The notes below the pieces were generated by a model, which was given only the letters and a program-made list of their open reading frames with translations, was not told the origin of the DNA and searched no databases. A DNA stretch of 64,000 nucleotides from a candidate division FCPU426 bacterium (lineage in GTDB: Bacteria > Oederibacteriota > Muellerivitia > Muellerivitales > Muellerivitaceae), in the NCBI GenBank assembly GCA_963796105.1, contig CAWCKJ010000007.1, positions 1 through 64,000 on the forward strand, given 5' to 3'. The position numbers and the translations under genes were made by a program. Shown here one piece after another: positions 40,925 through 50,733 of the stretch (the stretch's first letter is position 1; every line of letters begins with the position of its first letter).

Positions 40925-41291
40925 CTCTGCCGCATAAACCATCGTAACGTTCCTGGAATCGGAGACGGTACTCACATCCTCGAAATAATCGACTTGGCCG
41001 TCACCAGTCATATCAATCAAGTGTATAAACCGTCTGCCGTCTAATGGAACTTTTCAAACGATTAAAACCGCCAATTTCAATGCGCACGTAAAGGGGCTTG
41101 GATAAACTGGTATGACATCGACCCCTTAACGAAACCGCTACTCATAATGACCTCGTTGCTCAAGGTGTCGGCTTGTACTGAATCCGAGGAGATAAGGCCG
41201 GAAAAAATCTATGCTATGCGAGAAAGACCCTGAAATTAAATCCAGTGATAGAACATGGAAATTTAATACATACATGATTGAGTAATCACAT
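40925..41291 (-). pseudogene. Heavily decayed 5' duplicate of the GH74 gene
   Basis: Across shifting frames: VQADTLSNEVIMSSGFVKG, LYVRIEIGGFNR, IHLIDMTGDG...SDSRNVTMVYAA, collinear with AQAYNWQNVVIMGGGFVPG, LYARTDVGGFYR, IPLTDMYGGG...PDPVNANVVYAA. The upstream regions (31321-31436 and 41287-41403) are also similar. Confidence 0.7.
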
Positions 41292-41363
41292 ATATCCCCC
41301 CCGAGTTGTCAGCGAAGAAAAGATGGAATGTTTTCAAAGAAGATACTCGAAAAATAAATGTTT

Positions 41364-41403
41364 TAATTTATAAAATAAAAATATTTAATTTATATTTATT
41401 AAA
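41364..41403 (-). promoter_or_regulatory. 40-bp AT-rich operator, copy 2
   Basis: TAATTTATAAAATAAAAATATTTAATTTATATTTATTAAA. Confidence 0.6.
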
Positions 41404-41407
41404 CGGT

Positions 41408-43231
41408 TTACAAGCTTTCTTTTTCCCGGTAAATTTGCGGAGATAACCCGGTTGCCCGCTTGAAAGCCTGGATGAAATAACTAGAAGAGTTGAACCCGCT
41501 TTCCTGGGCCACACGCTCGACAGAAAGAGGACTAGTCCGCAAAAGGCGCTTGGCCTCCTCCAAGCGCAGGCCCTGGAGGTATTTTGAAAAACCCAGCCCC
41601 GTCGTCCTGCGGAATCCCTTCAAAAAGGTGGGCACGCAAAGACCTGTTTGTTCCACCAAATCCTTCAATTTAACTTCCTTGGTGAAATTCCGGTCCATGA
41701 ATTGCTTTACTTCCTCCATGCGCGCCAGGCGCCTTCCCTCGGAGGGACGGTCCCCGACTTTCCCGATTTTCTCCAGACCCTCGCGGAACAGTGTGAGCAT
41801 CTCTTGGATGGTGGGAGCCTTGAGCAGACGTTCTTCCAGCGAATCGGCCAGCACGTCCAATTCCTGTTCCGAAACAAAACAGCTGCGAAGGGAATCCGTC
41901 ATGATGAAGAAGGCCTCCAGCAGGCAGAGCCGAAGGCTTTCGTTCTGCTCGTTGGAGTAAATGAGCGCCTGGCGAATGAATTCCGCCCGGGCCGCCTCCC
42001 GTTCCTGATGCGAACCTCCTCGGTAGGCCTTTCGAAGCCAGGCTAGCGCCGGGCGGAGGCCCTGGCCCTGCCGAATCGGAACTTTTTCCGCGTAATCCTC
42101 GTAAAAAATCAAGGAGCGCCCCATCGAGGAGCAAAGGTTCATGGCCATCACTGCCTGCAGACGAGATTCCACAAGCTTGACCCCGGGCGCCAGGGTGGAG
42201 CCGATGCCAACCAGAAGTTCCATGCCGGTCTTTTTCTCCAGGCGGCGGCAAATGGCCTCCACGCGATCGCGGATTTCCAACTTGGCCTGCACCTTGGTCT
42301 TCGAGGGCGACGCCGAGGTCACGAACAGCACGCCGTAATCCTCCAGTTTGCCTGCGACGGTCTCGGGAAATTCCCGGGCCACGCTTAAGGCTTCCCATTG
42401 AAGCCGGTTCGCGCAAACCATGGATTTCAATGTGGACCATTGCTCCAGAGCCGGAGCATGGTGGGTGACCGCCAGTACGGTCGTGGGGTAGCGTGTGATT
42501 CCCAGTTCCTCTTTTTCCCATTTGTGCGAGACTTCACCAACGCTCACCCTCGGATGGAACTTATCCAGTCCCAGCATGAAGTCCATCCAAATGAAATGCG
42601 GCAGGTTGTGGGAAATACAGCCTTTTCGCAACTCTTCCAGCCGTTCCGCCATTTGTTCATCCGCCCGGCCGCACAAGTAGTCCGCGAGGATTTCTAGAAG
42701 CTCTTGGCTTCCTTCCAAGGCGGGGGGAGTCAGCACAACGGTATCAAGCGCCATGCGGGCGTAATCCAGGAAATCCGGGTCCGGAGCATCAGCGCGCCGG
42801 CCGGAAAGGGAGGTCCATTGCGTGCAAATCTCGGTTTCCGTGAAGAATTTCTTCACAAAGGACCCGGTTGCCAGGAAGCCGTGAAAGGTGTCATCGGTGA
42901 CCACCGGGATAAAAATTTCGTTGAACCCGCGGTGTTTCCCTATTTGGGTTCTTCTTTCCTTCTTCAGCCGAGAGAAATACAGGTTGTTGAACTGCTCTCG
43001 GTCCTCGGTCTTCCCGAAAAGAGATTCAAAGTGAGTGGGATTATGTAGGAAATTGTGGCTGTAGAAAAGGGGTCTCCATTCGGAATAATTCCCGGCCGGG
43101 ACAAAGAAACAGTTCAGGTTCAAGTAAGTAGCGAAGAGATTGTAGATACGCATGTAGATAGTGAAATAAAGGTCTCGATTGACGCTGGGAGGAAGGAAAA
43201 TCGGTTTGGAATTCCGGCCGGTAGAGCTCAC
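41408..43231 (-). CDS. Large AraC-family regulator with a PocR-like N-terminal sensor region
   Basis: HRGFNEIFIPVV...GFLATG (PocR-like); C-terminal LRLEEAKRLL...VAQESGFNSSSYFIQAFKRATGLSPQIYR. Confidence 0.88.
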   Translation of the reverse strand: MSSTGRNSKPIFLPPSVNRDLYFTIYMRIYNLFATYLNLNCFFVPAGNYSEWRPLFYSHNFLHNPTHFESLFGKTEDREQFNNLYFSRLKKERRTQIGKHRGFNEIFIPVVTDDTFHGFLATGSFVKKFFTETEICTQWTSLSGRRADAPDPDFLDYARMALDTVVLTPPALEGSQELLEILADYLCGRADEQMAERLEELRKGCISHNLPHFIWMDFMLGLDKFHPRVSVGEVSHKWEKEELGITRYPTTVLAVTHHAPALEQWSTLKSMVCANRLQWEALSVAREFPETVAGKLEDYGVLFVTSASPSKTKVQAKLEIRDRVEAICRRLEKKTGMELLVGIGSTLAPGVKLVESRLQAVMAMNLCSSMGRSLIFYEDYAEKVPIRQGQGLRPALAWLRKAYRGGSHQEREAARAEFIRQALIYSNEQNESLRLCLLEAFFIMTDSLRSCFVSEQELDVLADSLEERLLKAPTIQEMLTLFREGLEKIGKVGDRPSEGRRLARMEEVKQFMDRNFTKEVKLKDLVEQTGLCVPTFLKGFRRTTGLGFSKYLQGLRLEEAKRLLRTSPLSVERVAQESGFNSSSYFIQAFKRATGLSPQIYREKESL

Positions 43232-43549
43232 ATCACCCCCGGCGCAGGCAGCAGGTTATCGTTGTTGGATTGGAAATTCCAATAGCTGGCTAATCCGACC
43301 TGCTGCAGAAAATCAGTCAAAACAAGCGGGCGGAACAGTTTTTTAACCCAAATTTCCATTCAACTTGCTCCCCAAGTTTTTACATGACTTAAAAAATTTG
43401 TAATAAAACCTTCGCGATATTAAAAGCAATTCAACAAAATCCATGCCAATTCGCCATTAATTTATATTGTTGCCATGTTCCCCTTCACAACACCGGATGC
43501 TTCTTTCGAATAAAATTCATCGTATAGGAAAAATAAAGCTTAAAACCCG

Positions 43550-43589
43550 TTTAATAAATATTAACACAAAATTTGTTTTTTATAAATTA
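43550..43589 (+). promoter_or_regulatory. 40-bp AT-rich operator, copy 3 (inverted)
   Basis: Reverse complement is TAATTTATAAAAAACAAATTTTGTGTTAATATTTATTAAA; precedes the lipoprotein/OMP operon. Confidence 0.55.
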
Positions 43590-43691
43590 TTTCATCTGTC
43601 CTTTGAGTATTATCATTGAAGTTTCGATTTTCTTCGCACAGGACCATATTTGGTTGTTCCCAAAAAGAATGATTCACTAGGAGGATGGCAA

Positions 43692-44624
43692 ATGAAGCAA
43701 TCACCTTGGATGGTCCTAGTCTTGTTTTTAATCTTGCAGTCGGTCTGGATTTCCTTTGAGGGTTGCCACAATGGGGCTTCCCCGACCATTCCTCCCATTC
43801 TTACATCCACACCCACCAAAACCCTGACTCCAACCCCCACGTTTACGTTGACCCTGACCATTACCAGCTCACACACAAACACTCCGACCGCCACTCCCAC
43901 TCCCACAACCACTAATACCAACACCCCATGGCCGACAAATGTTCCTACTTTGACTTTTACCATTACATCTACTGATACCGATACTCCAACCATTACCGAA
44001 ACCCCGACCAAAACCAACACACAGATCTATACACCGACAGTTGCCTTAACAAGCACTCCCACCAACACGTTCACTTCAGTCGCACCTGCAAACTGCACCT
44101 CCACCTCCACGCCCGCCCTCATCGATGATTTTGAGGCCAACACAAGTTCCAACACGTCCATCCTCCAGGATCAATGTCGCACAGGTTATTATTTCTGGTA
44201 CGGAAGTCCGAGTCCGAGCGTCGTTGTTGCCTCACCCGGAACAGGATTCGCTTGTACGAGTGGAACCAGCGCCAATGCCCTTCACTATACCAGTGGACCG
44301 GTGACTGGTTATGGATCCGTTTTCGCTATTGCTTCCATTTCAGGAGGAGAACCTTATGACATCAGCAGTTTCACGGGGATTCATTTCTGTGGAATGTTGG
44401 GAAGCACAATCTCAGCCATCGGGCCGGGTACCCTGGAAATTGATGATGCGAGTGGCGGCAATTGTAAGTCCACGATTCCCACTTTTACAACTTCTTGGCA
44501 ACAGATCCAAATTGCCTTTCCACTCACCGGCGCAAACCTTCACCAGGTTACGACAATACTCTGGACCGATGGAACGACCACTTCTCCAGTGGACTATTGG
44601 TTAGATAACATTTCTTTCTATTAA
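43692..44624 (+). CDS. Lipoprotein with a TPT stalk and a CBM11/CIA30-like domain
   Basis: ATG 43692 (RBS AGGAGG); lipobox FEGC; LIDDFE, YDISSFTGIHF, WQQIQIAF, YWLDNISFY. Confidence 0.7.
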   Translation: MKQSPWMVLVLFLILQSVWISFEGCHNGASPTIPPILTSTPTKTLTPTPTFTLTLTITSSHTNTPTATPTPTTTNTNTPWPTNVPTLTFTITSTDTDTPTITETPTKTNTQIYTPTVALTSTPTNTFTSVAPANCTSTSTPALIDDFEANTSSNTSILQDQCRTGYYFWYGSPSPSVVVASPGTGFACTSGTSANALHYTSGPVTGYGSVFAIASISGGEPYDISSFTGIHFCGMLGSTISAIGPGTLEIDDASGGNCKSTIPTFTTSWQQIQIAFPLTGANLHQVTTILWTDGTTTSPVDYWLDNISFY

Positions 44625-44806
44625 TAAAGTCTGATGCTTCATCGTGTATACCCAATGACGCGCCTCCAGTTGTTGAACCACCGATAAAGTCACTCTATAA
44701 ACTCAGTTAGTTGAGGTCGTCATAGGCTTGAAGTTGCTGTTGGGCCCCATGTGGACACTTTTCGTACCGATGTTTTGCCGAACCGACCATTTAAATTAAG
44801 GTGGTT

Positions 44807-45580
44807 ATGAACCAGAGAAAATATCATATCCTCTTTCCCGTTTTTTTCGCGCTAGGGTTGTTTGCCGGTTGCGGGGCGGTGCTGGTTAATAAAGGCTCAA
44901 AGGACGAACCCCTTTCAGCCGGGTTGAAAAACCCCGAAACCACCCTGCCCAAGATCATCGTGCCGGCCGAGCAAAAGCTCATCGGGAATTTCGAGGACGG
45001 CACGATCCACATGAACCCCAAACTTTACGGAACCAACGGCGCGGGCCTATGGAGCGTCAACATCTACGGCGGAAGCACCATCAACGAGGTGTTCGTGGTT
45101 CCCGGCGGGGCCAACGGCACCAAGATGGCCGCCCATATTTTCGGCAAATTGGTGAACAAGGGGGACGGAACCTATCCTTCCTTTCTCCTGGACGGCAAGT
45201 TCAAACCCAACGGTTACTACGACGCCAGCCCCTTCAACGGAATCCGTTTCTATTACAAGGCGACCTCCATCGACCAGGCCCCTTCCAGGCGCTTTACCAT
45301 CCCCATCGCACCCACTATGCCCTCCACTGCGGGAGGAACCTGCACCGGCAACTGTTACAACAATTTCGGCTGGGACCTTTCTTCCAAGGGGGATTGGACC
45401 CTCATCACCCTTCCATTCAGCAACCTCACCCGGCAGTCGGGATGGGGAAATCCCATCACGCCGCCTGAGTTCACCGAGCACTCGAATGAGATACTGGGCA
45501 TAGAGTGGTCCCATAACGCGGGCAACACCGCGGGAACTTATAACATCGATTACTGGGTGGATGAGGTCGAGTTTTTTTAA
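44807..45580 (+). CDS. Lipoprotein with a CBM11/CIA30-like domain
   Basis: Lipobox FAGC; LIGNFEDG, YDASPFNGIRFYYK, WTLITLPFSNLTRQSGWG, YWVDEVEFF. Confidence 0.75.
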   Translation: MNQRKYHILFPVFFALGLFAGCGAVLVNKGSKDEPLSAGLKNPETTLPKIIVPAEQKLIGNFEDGTIHMNPKLYGTNGAGLWSVNIYGGSTINEVFVVPGGANGTKMAAHIFGKLVNKGDGTYPSFLLDGKFKPNGYYDASPFNGIRFYYKATSIDQAPSRRFTIPIAPTMPSTAGGTCTGNCYNNFGWDLSSKGDWTLITLPFSNLTRQSGWGNPITPPEFTEHSNEILGIEWSHNAGNTAGTYNIDYWVDEVEFF

Positions 45581-45652
45581 TAAAAATTTCGGAAGACAAG
45601 TTCCGGGTATTGAAAAGTTGAAACTGGTTTAATTTGTTGATGCGAGGTTATT

Positions 45653-48487
45653 TTGATTCTTAGATTCAAGACAACATTCAAGGGCTTCCTTTTCTTAGCC
45701 CTTCTATATATAGGCCCTCTGGCTGCAGGCCTTTGGGCGAATCCTTCGTATAATGTGACTTCCGACGAACCCCTTTACCAGCGCGTGAAGGCGTTGGAAG
45801 CCTTCGGCCTTTTGGATCCCCAAGACCAGGCAGTCCTCGACCAGGGCCGGGTGGTGACGAAACTGGAGTTGGATTTCTTCACGGAAAAGGCCAAGACCAA
45901 CTACCAGGCTTCCCAAGGGTTGCAGGTCGCCCTGGCGTCCCAGGCCGCGTCCACTTCCTCCTCTAAAACTACTCCGGCTCCAACGGCGGTAATGGCGACA
46001 ACACCGGCCACGGATCCGAATTTTGTGCAAGGTTTCTCTCTTTACCAGCAAAAGCATTACGCCCAAGCCGTTCCCAAATTCCAGGCTGTCATCCAGCAAA
46101 ACCCGAATAACGCGATGGCCTACTATTACTTGGGTTATTGCCAGGTCATGGCGGGGAACACAAAGGAAGGCGCGGTGGCTTTGACCCTGTTCCTTCAGAA
46201 ACAACCCAATCCTTCCATCCAGGATTACCTCACACGAGTGAAGGCCAAGCTGATGCCAGCGGACCAGCAATGGGTTGACGCGCAAACGGCCGCCACATCG
46301 AATCCAACTCAACCCGCCAACGCCGATCTCGAGCGGGAAATCAACGCACTCCTCAAGATCCTCGATGAGGAATCGGATTATCTCAAGACGAGAATGGCCT
46401 TGGACGATTATCGTTTGAAAGAACAGGAAAAGGAACTGGAGGCCCTCCAATCGACGCAGGATGACGTCAACTCGGTCTTCCGGAAGTCCAACAAGTCCTC
46501 CGGCTCCCCCCATTTCACCTATACGGCGGACAACCGGACGGAAAACCTTCACCTGTCGGGCATTACCGTGGTGGGCGCTACCCATAGCTATTACGAGTTC
46601 ACCTTGGGAGTCTGGAGCGACTTGGGAGGGGAAGGCGCATTTACCATGAATATCAACGGAAGCATCCCGGATTGGAACTCTTCCTCGGCCCCGGTCTCCT
46701 TTTCCGTAAATTCCTCGTCCTTGAATTTCAATGTGGACGGAATGCTGGGACACTGGAACAACACTGTGGCGGTGGAAGCCTACTCCTTCGACACGGATTT
46801 GGGGGATTTCACCAGGAGCGCTGGCACGAATTCCCTGCGTTTCGAGGACCCCTTCGACATCAAGAGGTATTCGGGCGACAAGAACCAAAAATGCTGGGAC
46901 GATTACATGACAAACCTGGGGTTCGTCCCCAGTACGGCCTCCTGGACCAATCAGAACCAGAGTATGGAGGTTTTCGACGGCCTCTACATGGTTGGAACCA
47001 AATTGCCCCTGGTCAGTAAGGACGCGAAACTGAACCTGCTCGTCGGCCGGACGGACGGTGATCCCCACCGATGGGAAGAAGGGCTCAGGTACAGCCAGCC
47101 CTGGGCCAACGGCTTGTTGCAGACTTCCCTGTCAACCGAGTGGGTGAACGAGGACGAACTGAACGCCTCGGCAACCCAGGCGAATATGGACATGAAATCC
47201 TGCGCGGGGTACTTCGGTTTAGACTTTAAGCCCGTGGTTTTGGGTTTTGAGCTTGGATACAGCCATTTATATACCGGCATATATAATTCCAGCGTTACGA
47301 GTTACGCCCCTAACGACAACATTAAACCCCTCACCTATGACGCCCCTGCCGGCCAGGCCTCCTTGAACCTTTACCCCTTGACGTTTTATTACACGGCCAT
47401 CAGCGATGAATTCTCGAATTTCCAAAGCAAGGTTGTCCTCGGAGGAATCCAGTTCTGGAAGTTCGGTTTTCCCGGCCAGCCCGTAATGGACAACAATTTC
47501 GGGTATGTGGGCCTACCGGGTGACCTTGTCAGCGACCGATACGGCTGGCGGGTCAACCTGGGATGGAAGGGGCGCCAGGAAAGCTGGACCAAGTCCCTGC
47601 CAAGTTTCCTGGATGACATAATCATCAACTTGGACGTTGCCCAGAGAACCGAGTACCAATCCATGCAGGACGAATTGGGCTATTACCCCGTGGAGGCCTA
47701 CAGCCTCATCTCGGTTTTTTATCCGGAGGACAACGGCATATTCGGAACCATGTGGTCAAACTGGGGGACGACGCATTTTGCCGGCCAAGAGTATGTAAAT
47801 AATATTGAAAGCATCCGCGGCGACGGGAATACCATCGCGCCCTACATCATCAGCTTTGGCCCCCCCGTTTCTGAGCGGGTTCCCATGATACTTCCTTATG
47901 ATGTTTCGGGCGCTAATCCGATCGTGTTTTCCTACCCTGAGACCATCAATGGTGTTCCTGTAACAGTTGGCAGCCAGCCTGCCACGGTCACCAAGACCTT
48001 CACTTCCTTGGATCACATTAAGACGTTCAATTACGTTACCCTGACCTTGAAACCTCAGATCAACAAATGGTTAAACCTGAATACGCCTTTTTACGCCGGC
48101 CTCTTCTTCACCGACAACCGGGTGTCCGGAACCACCGACAACCCTTCCTTGAAAAACGTCCCCGACCCCAACCGGCCAGGCCAAACCCTGGGGTACATTC
48201 CTAACCTGTTCGAACAAACCGTTTACGACGCAGCCTTTTTATATGGGGTTTTCAACCACGTCAACCTCCTTGCGGATTACGGGCTAGAGCTGTGGAAATC
48301 CAACTATACATATCCCAGGGTTGATTACCGGACGGATTCCGTGGGAACCGGGTTCGCTTACGACATCCCTTGGGGCGGATGTAAATGGGAATTTCGCTAT
48401 AAACATATCAATTTCCGGGACCTTTATGTCTCGGCCAACAGCTACCAAGCGGACCAGATTTATTCCTTTTTCCTCTTCCAGTTTTAA
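45653..48487 (+). CDS. Outer-membrane protein: SLH-like + TPR + coiled coil + putative beta-barrel
   Basis: Signal peptide; VTSDEPLYQRVKALEAFGLL...VTKLEL; TPR AMAYYYLG; coiled coil; amphipathic strands ending FLFQF. Confidence 0.7.
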   Translation: MILRFKTTFKGFLFLALLYIGPLAAGLWANPSYNVTSDEPLYQRVKALEAFGLLDPQDQAVLDQGRVVTKLELDFFTEKAKTNYQASQGLQVALASQAASTSSSKTTPAPTAVMATTPATDPNFVQGFSLYQQKHYAQAVPKFQAVIQQNPNNAMAYYYLGYCQVMAGNTKEGAVALTLFLQKQPNPSIQDYLTRVKAKLMPADQQWVDAQTAATSNPTQPANADLEREINALLKILDEESDYLKTRMALDDYRLKEQEKELEALQSTQDDVNSVFRKSNKSSGSPHFTYTADNRTENLHLSGITVVGATHSYYEFTLGVWSDLGGEGAFTMNINGSIPDWNSSSAPVSFSVNSSSLNFNVDGMLGHWNNTVAVEAYSFDTDLGDFTRSAGTNSLRFEDPFDIKRYSGDKNQKCWDDYMTNLGFVPSTASWTNQNQSMEVFDGLYMVGTKLPLVSKDAKLNLLVGRTDGDPHRWEEGLRYSQPWANGLLQTSLSTEWVNEDELNASATQANMDMKSCAGYFGLDFKPVVLGFELGYSHLYTGIYNSSVTSYAPNDNIKPLTYDAPAGQASLNLYPLTFYYTAISDEFSNFQSKVVLGGIQFWKFGFPGQPVMDNNFGYVGLPGDLVSDRYGWRVNLGWKGRQESWTKSLPSFLDDIIINLDVAQRTEYQSMQDELGYYPVEAYSLISVFYPEDNGIFGTMWSNWGTTHFAGQEYVNNIESIRGDGNTIAPYIISFGPPVSERVPMILPYDVSGANPIVFSYPETINGVPVTVGSQPATVTKTFTSLDHIKTFNYVTLTLKPQINKWLNLNTPFYAGLFFTDNRVSGTTDNPSLKNVPDPNRPGQTLGYIPNLFEQTVYDAAFLYGVFNHVNLLADYGLELWKSNYTYPRVDYRTDSVGTGFAYDIPWGGCKWEFRYKHINFRDLYVSANSYQADQIYSFFLFQF

Positions 48488-48540
48488 AGTGGAAACGCCG
48501 GGCTAGGGAGGCCCGGAAAAATTCAAGGGAAAGAAGAAAC

Positions 48541-50733
48541 GTGAAAAAAATATCCATCAATTTAATTGTAACCGCCTTTTTCACCGGATTGGCCTTTAAC
48601 GCTTGGGCCGGCCATGGGGTCTTGACCTCCACGGAACGGGATCCCTGGGTGAACCAGACCGTCCAGGATTTGGTGGACGCAGGTTTGGTTGTCCAACCCC
48701 AGAAACCCGTGGGCCAGTTGACCAACTTGGAAGTGGCCCAATTGACCCATTTAGCCGTCCAATCCTGGCTGTCCCAGGATCAGGAAGCCCTGACTTCCGC
48801 CGGAACCAGAAACCAGGGCCCCGAACCCGCGGTGAGCCGAAGCCTGCAGAAGCTGGCGGACGAGTTCCAGGATGAGCTAATAACCATGGGCCAGGACATG
48901 GCCCAACTTGAGGACAGGCTGTACGACTCCCAGCACCGAAACGAGATATTCAAAACCCTCCAGCAGGAATACCTGAAGCGAACTGGAACAAGCATGGCGG
49001 GATACGCCAGGGGTTATTTCAATACATACCGTGGTTCCGGGATCAACGCCCCTTACGGCCCGTGGGACAACAACGATATTCTGCTGGGAGACCTCATCCT
49101 GAAGAGCATCCCGGTTCCATTCCTTTTATTCAACACGGACTTGCGTGTAACCCGAACCAACGGCTTGATATACGCGGATCCGATCAATCCAACGTTCAAC
49201 CTGCGCTGGATTTCCCTCACCTACGCCAACGAGTTGGCCAATTTTACTGCCGGCGACTTTTTCCGGAGTTACACCCCCTTGACTCTCTGGAACTATGAAA
49301 TCCCGGTTTATACCCTGATCGAACCCACTTCCTATCAAAGGGTCCGCAATGACATCGAGGGAATGATATTTATGGACCATGGGCCAAATTGGCACATGCG
49401 GGGTTTTGAGGGGACCTCGGACAGGGCCGTTACCAACAGCGATGTGTTCAGTTCCTTTCACTTGCAGGCCATGGGCGGAATCTTAACGCCGGAATCACAA
49501 TATCTTTACGCTAATGATTACGCCGGAAGCGAAGCGGCCTTGGACTTGTTCGGGGACAAGCTGGAATTCAAAGGCGCCGGTTACCTTCTTTGGGTGGATA
49601 CCAACAGCGTCAATTACATTTCGGGACTAACGCCGAACGGGGAGCAATACCAGGTGGGTAGCCTCTCGGCAAAGGGAACCCTGCCCCTGGGAAAATCCGT
49701 CACGCTGTCAGCCAACGGCGAATACGCCTCTAGCTACTACCAGGATGACGCCAACCAAAACCAGAATAACCTCAAGGATTGGGCAGTCCTAGCTGGCGGT
49801 TCCTTGGATTTCGAGGGTGCCCTATTAAGCGTTAAATACTTAAGCAACGGACCTAATTTTTATTCACCCGGGGCACAAACCAACCGCTTCAGCCCCGTTC
49901 CAAGTACCGCCGGTTATTTGAACGGGAACCAAAAGCTGGATGACGGCCTTTCAGGCTACCTGGATAATTACGTCTTCCAAGGTGTCGGCCAACCTGTGTT
50001 CGCCCCCTTTGACCGTATGGCGGAGAATATCCTTCCATACGGCGACTCCACCCCAAACCGGGAGGGCCTAATCCTGGGGTTGAAAGCTGATCTTGGAAAG
50101 GGAGGATGGCTCAAGCCCCAAGCGTCCATGGCGGTCAACATGCACGAAGTGCAGCCGGATATTCTGACCGTGGTTGAACATTACTACATTCCCGCGGATA
50201 GCCAGATCAATACGATAGCCGCGAGGAAATTCGGAGGATATGAGGGGGCTCTGGTCGTGGATTTGGGCAAGGTTCTCGAAGGGGCGCCTAAAACCTGTGC
50301 CTTATCCGGCGATTACAAGCACCAGAGTGTTGACCTGGGAACAGGAGCAAACCCATTTACGTTGGACAGTTATATCGCCAGCGCGGATATCGGCCCATTC
50401 CCCCACGTACCCCTTTTTGAAGGACTGGTTCTTTCTGCGTCTTTTGAACAGGCAAAATCCAGCGGAAGCGAATTCGTTCTGAGTGAACCCGCCACAATAC
50501 TCCCGACCCTGGCGGAATACGCTTCTTACTATGACACGTCCTTGATCGGAAGTTACATTTACCAGCCGCTGGATTTCACCCGCACATCCTGGGCTTTCGG
50601 CTTCAAATGTAATTTAAGCCGAACCTTTGAATTGCACGGGGATTGGTTCATCAACAAATACACCTGGTCCGATGTCCCGGGCTATGACCGGCGTGAACAG
50701 ATTTGGAGGTTATCCACAGATGTTTCTTTCTAA
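48541..50733 (+). CDS. Outer-membrane protein: SLH-like + coiled coil + putative beta-barrel (OmpM-like)
   Basis: DPWVNQTVQDLVDAGLV...LTNLEVAQL; LQKLADEFQDELITMG; ends TDVSF. Confidence 0.72.
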   Translation: MKKISINLIVTAFFTGLAFNAWAGHGVLTSTERDPWVNQTVQDLVDAGLVVQPQKPVGQLTNLEVAQLTHLAVQSWLSQDQEALTSAGTRNQGPEPAVSRSLQKLADEFQDELITMGQDMAQLEDRLYDSQHRNEIFKTLQQEYLKRTGTSMAGYARGYFNTYRGSGINAPYGPWDNNDILLGDLILKSIPVPFLLFNTDLRVTRTNGLIYADPINPTFNLRWISLTYANELANFTAGDFFRSYTPLTLWNYEIPVYTLIEPTSYQRVRNDIEGMIFMDHGPNWHMRGFEGTSDRAVTNSDVFSSFHLQAMGGILTPESQYLYANDYAGSEAALDLFGDKLEFKGAGYLLWVDTNSVNYISGLTPNGEQYQVGSLSAKGTLPLGKSVTLSANGEYASSYYQDDANQNQNNLKDWAVLAGGSLDFEGALLSVKYLSNGPNFYSPGAQTNRFSPVPSTAGYLNGNQKLDDGLSGYLDNYVFQGVGQPVFAPFDRMAENILPYGDSTPNREGLILGLKADLGKGGWLKPQASMAVNMHEVQPDILTVVEHYYIPADSQINTIAARKFGGYEGALVVDLGKVLEGAPKTCALSGDYKHQSVDLGTGANPFTLDSYIASADIGPFPHVPLFEGLVLSASFEQAKSSGSEFVLSEPATILPTLAEYASYYDTSLIGSYIYQPLDFTRTSWAFGFKCNLSRTFELHGDWFINKYTWSDVPGYDRREQIWRLSTDVSF

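Noticed and set aside
43433..43448. sigma54-like site upstream of the AraC gene (TGGCATGGATTTTGTT)
   Set aside because: It has GT instead of the near-invariant GC at -12.
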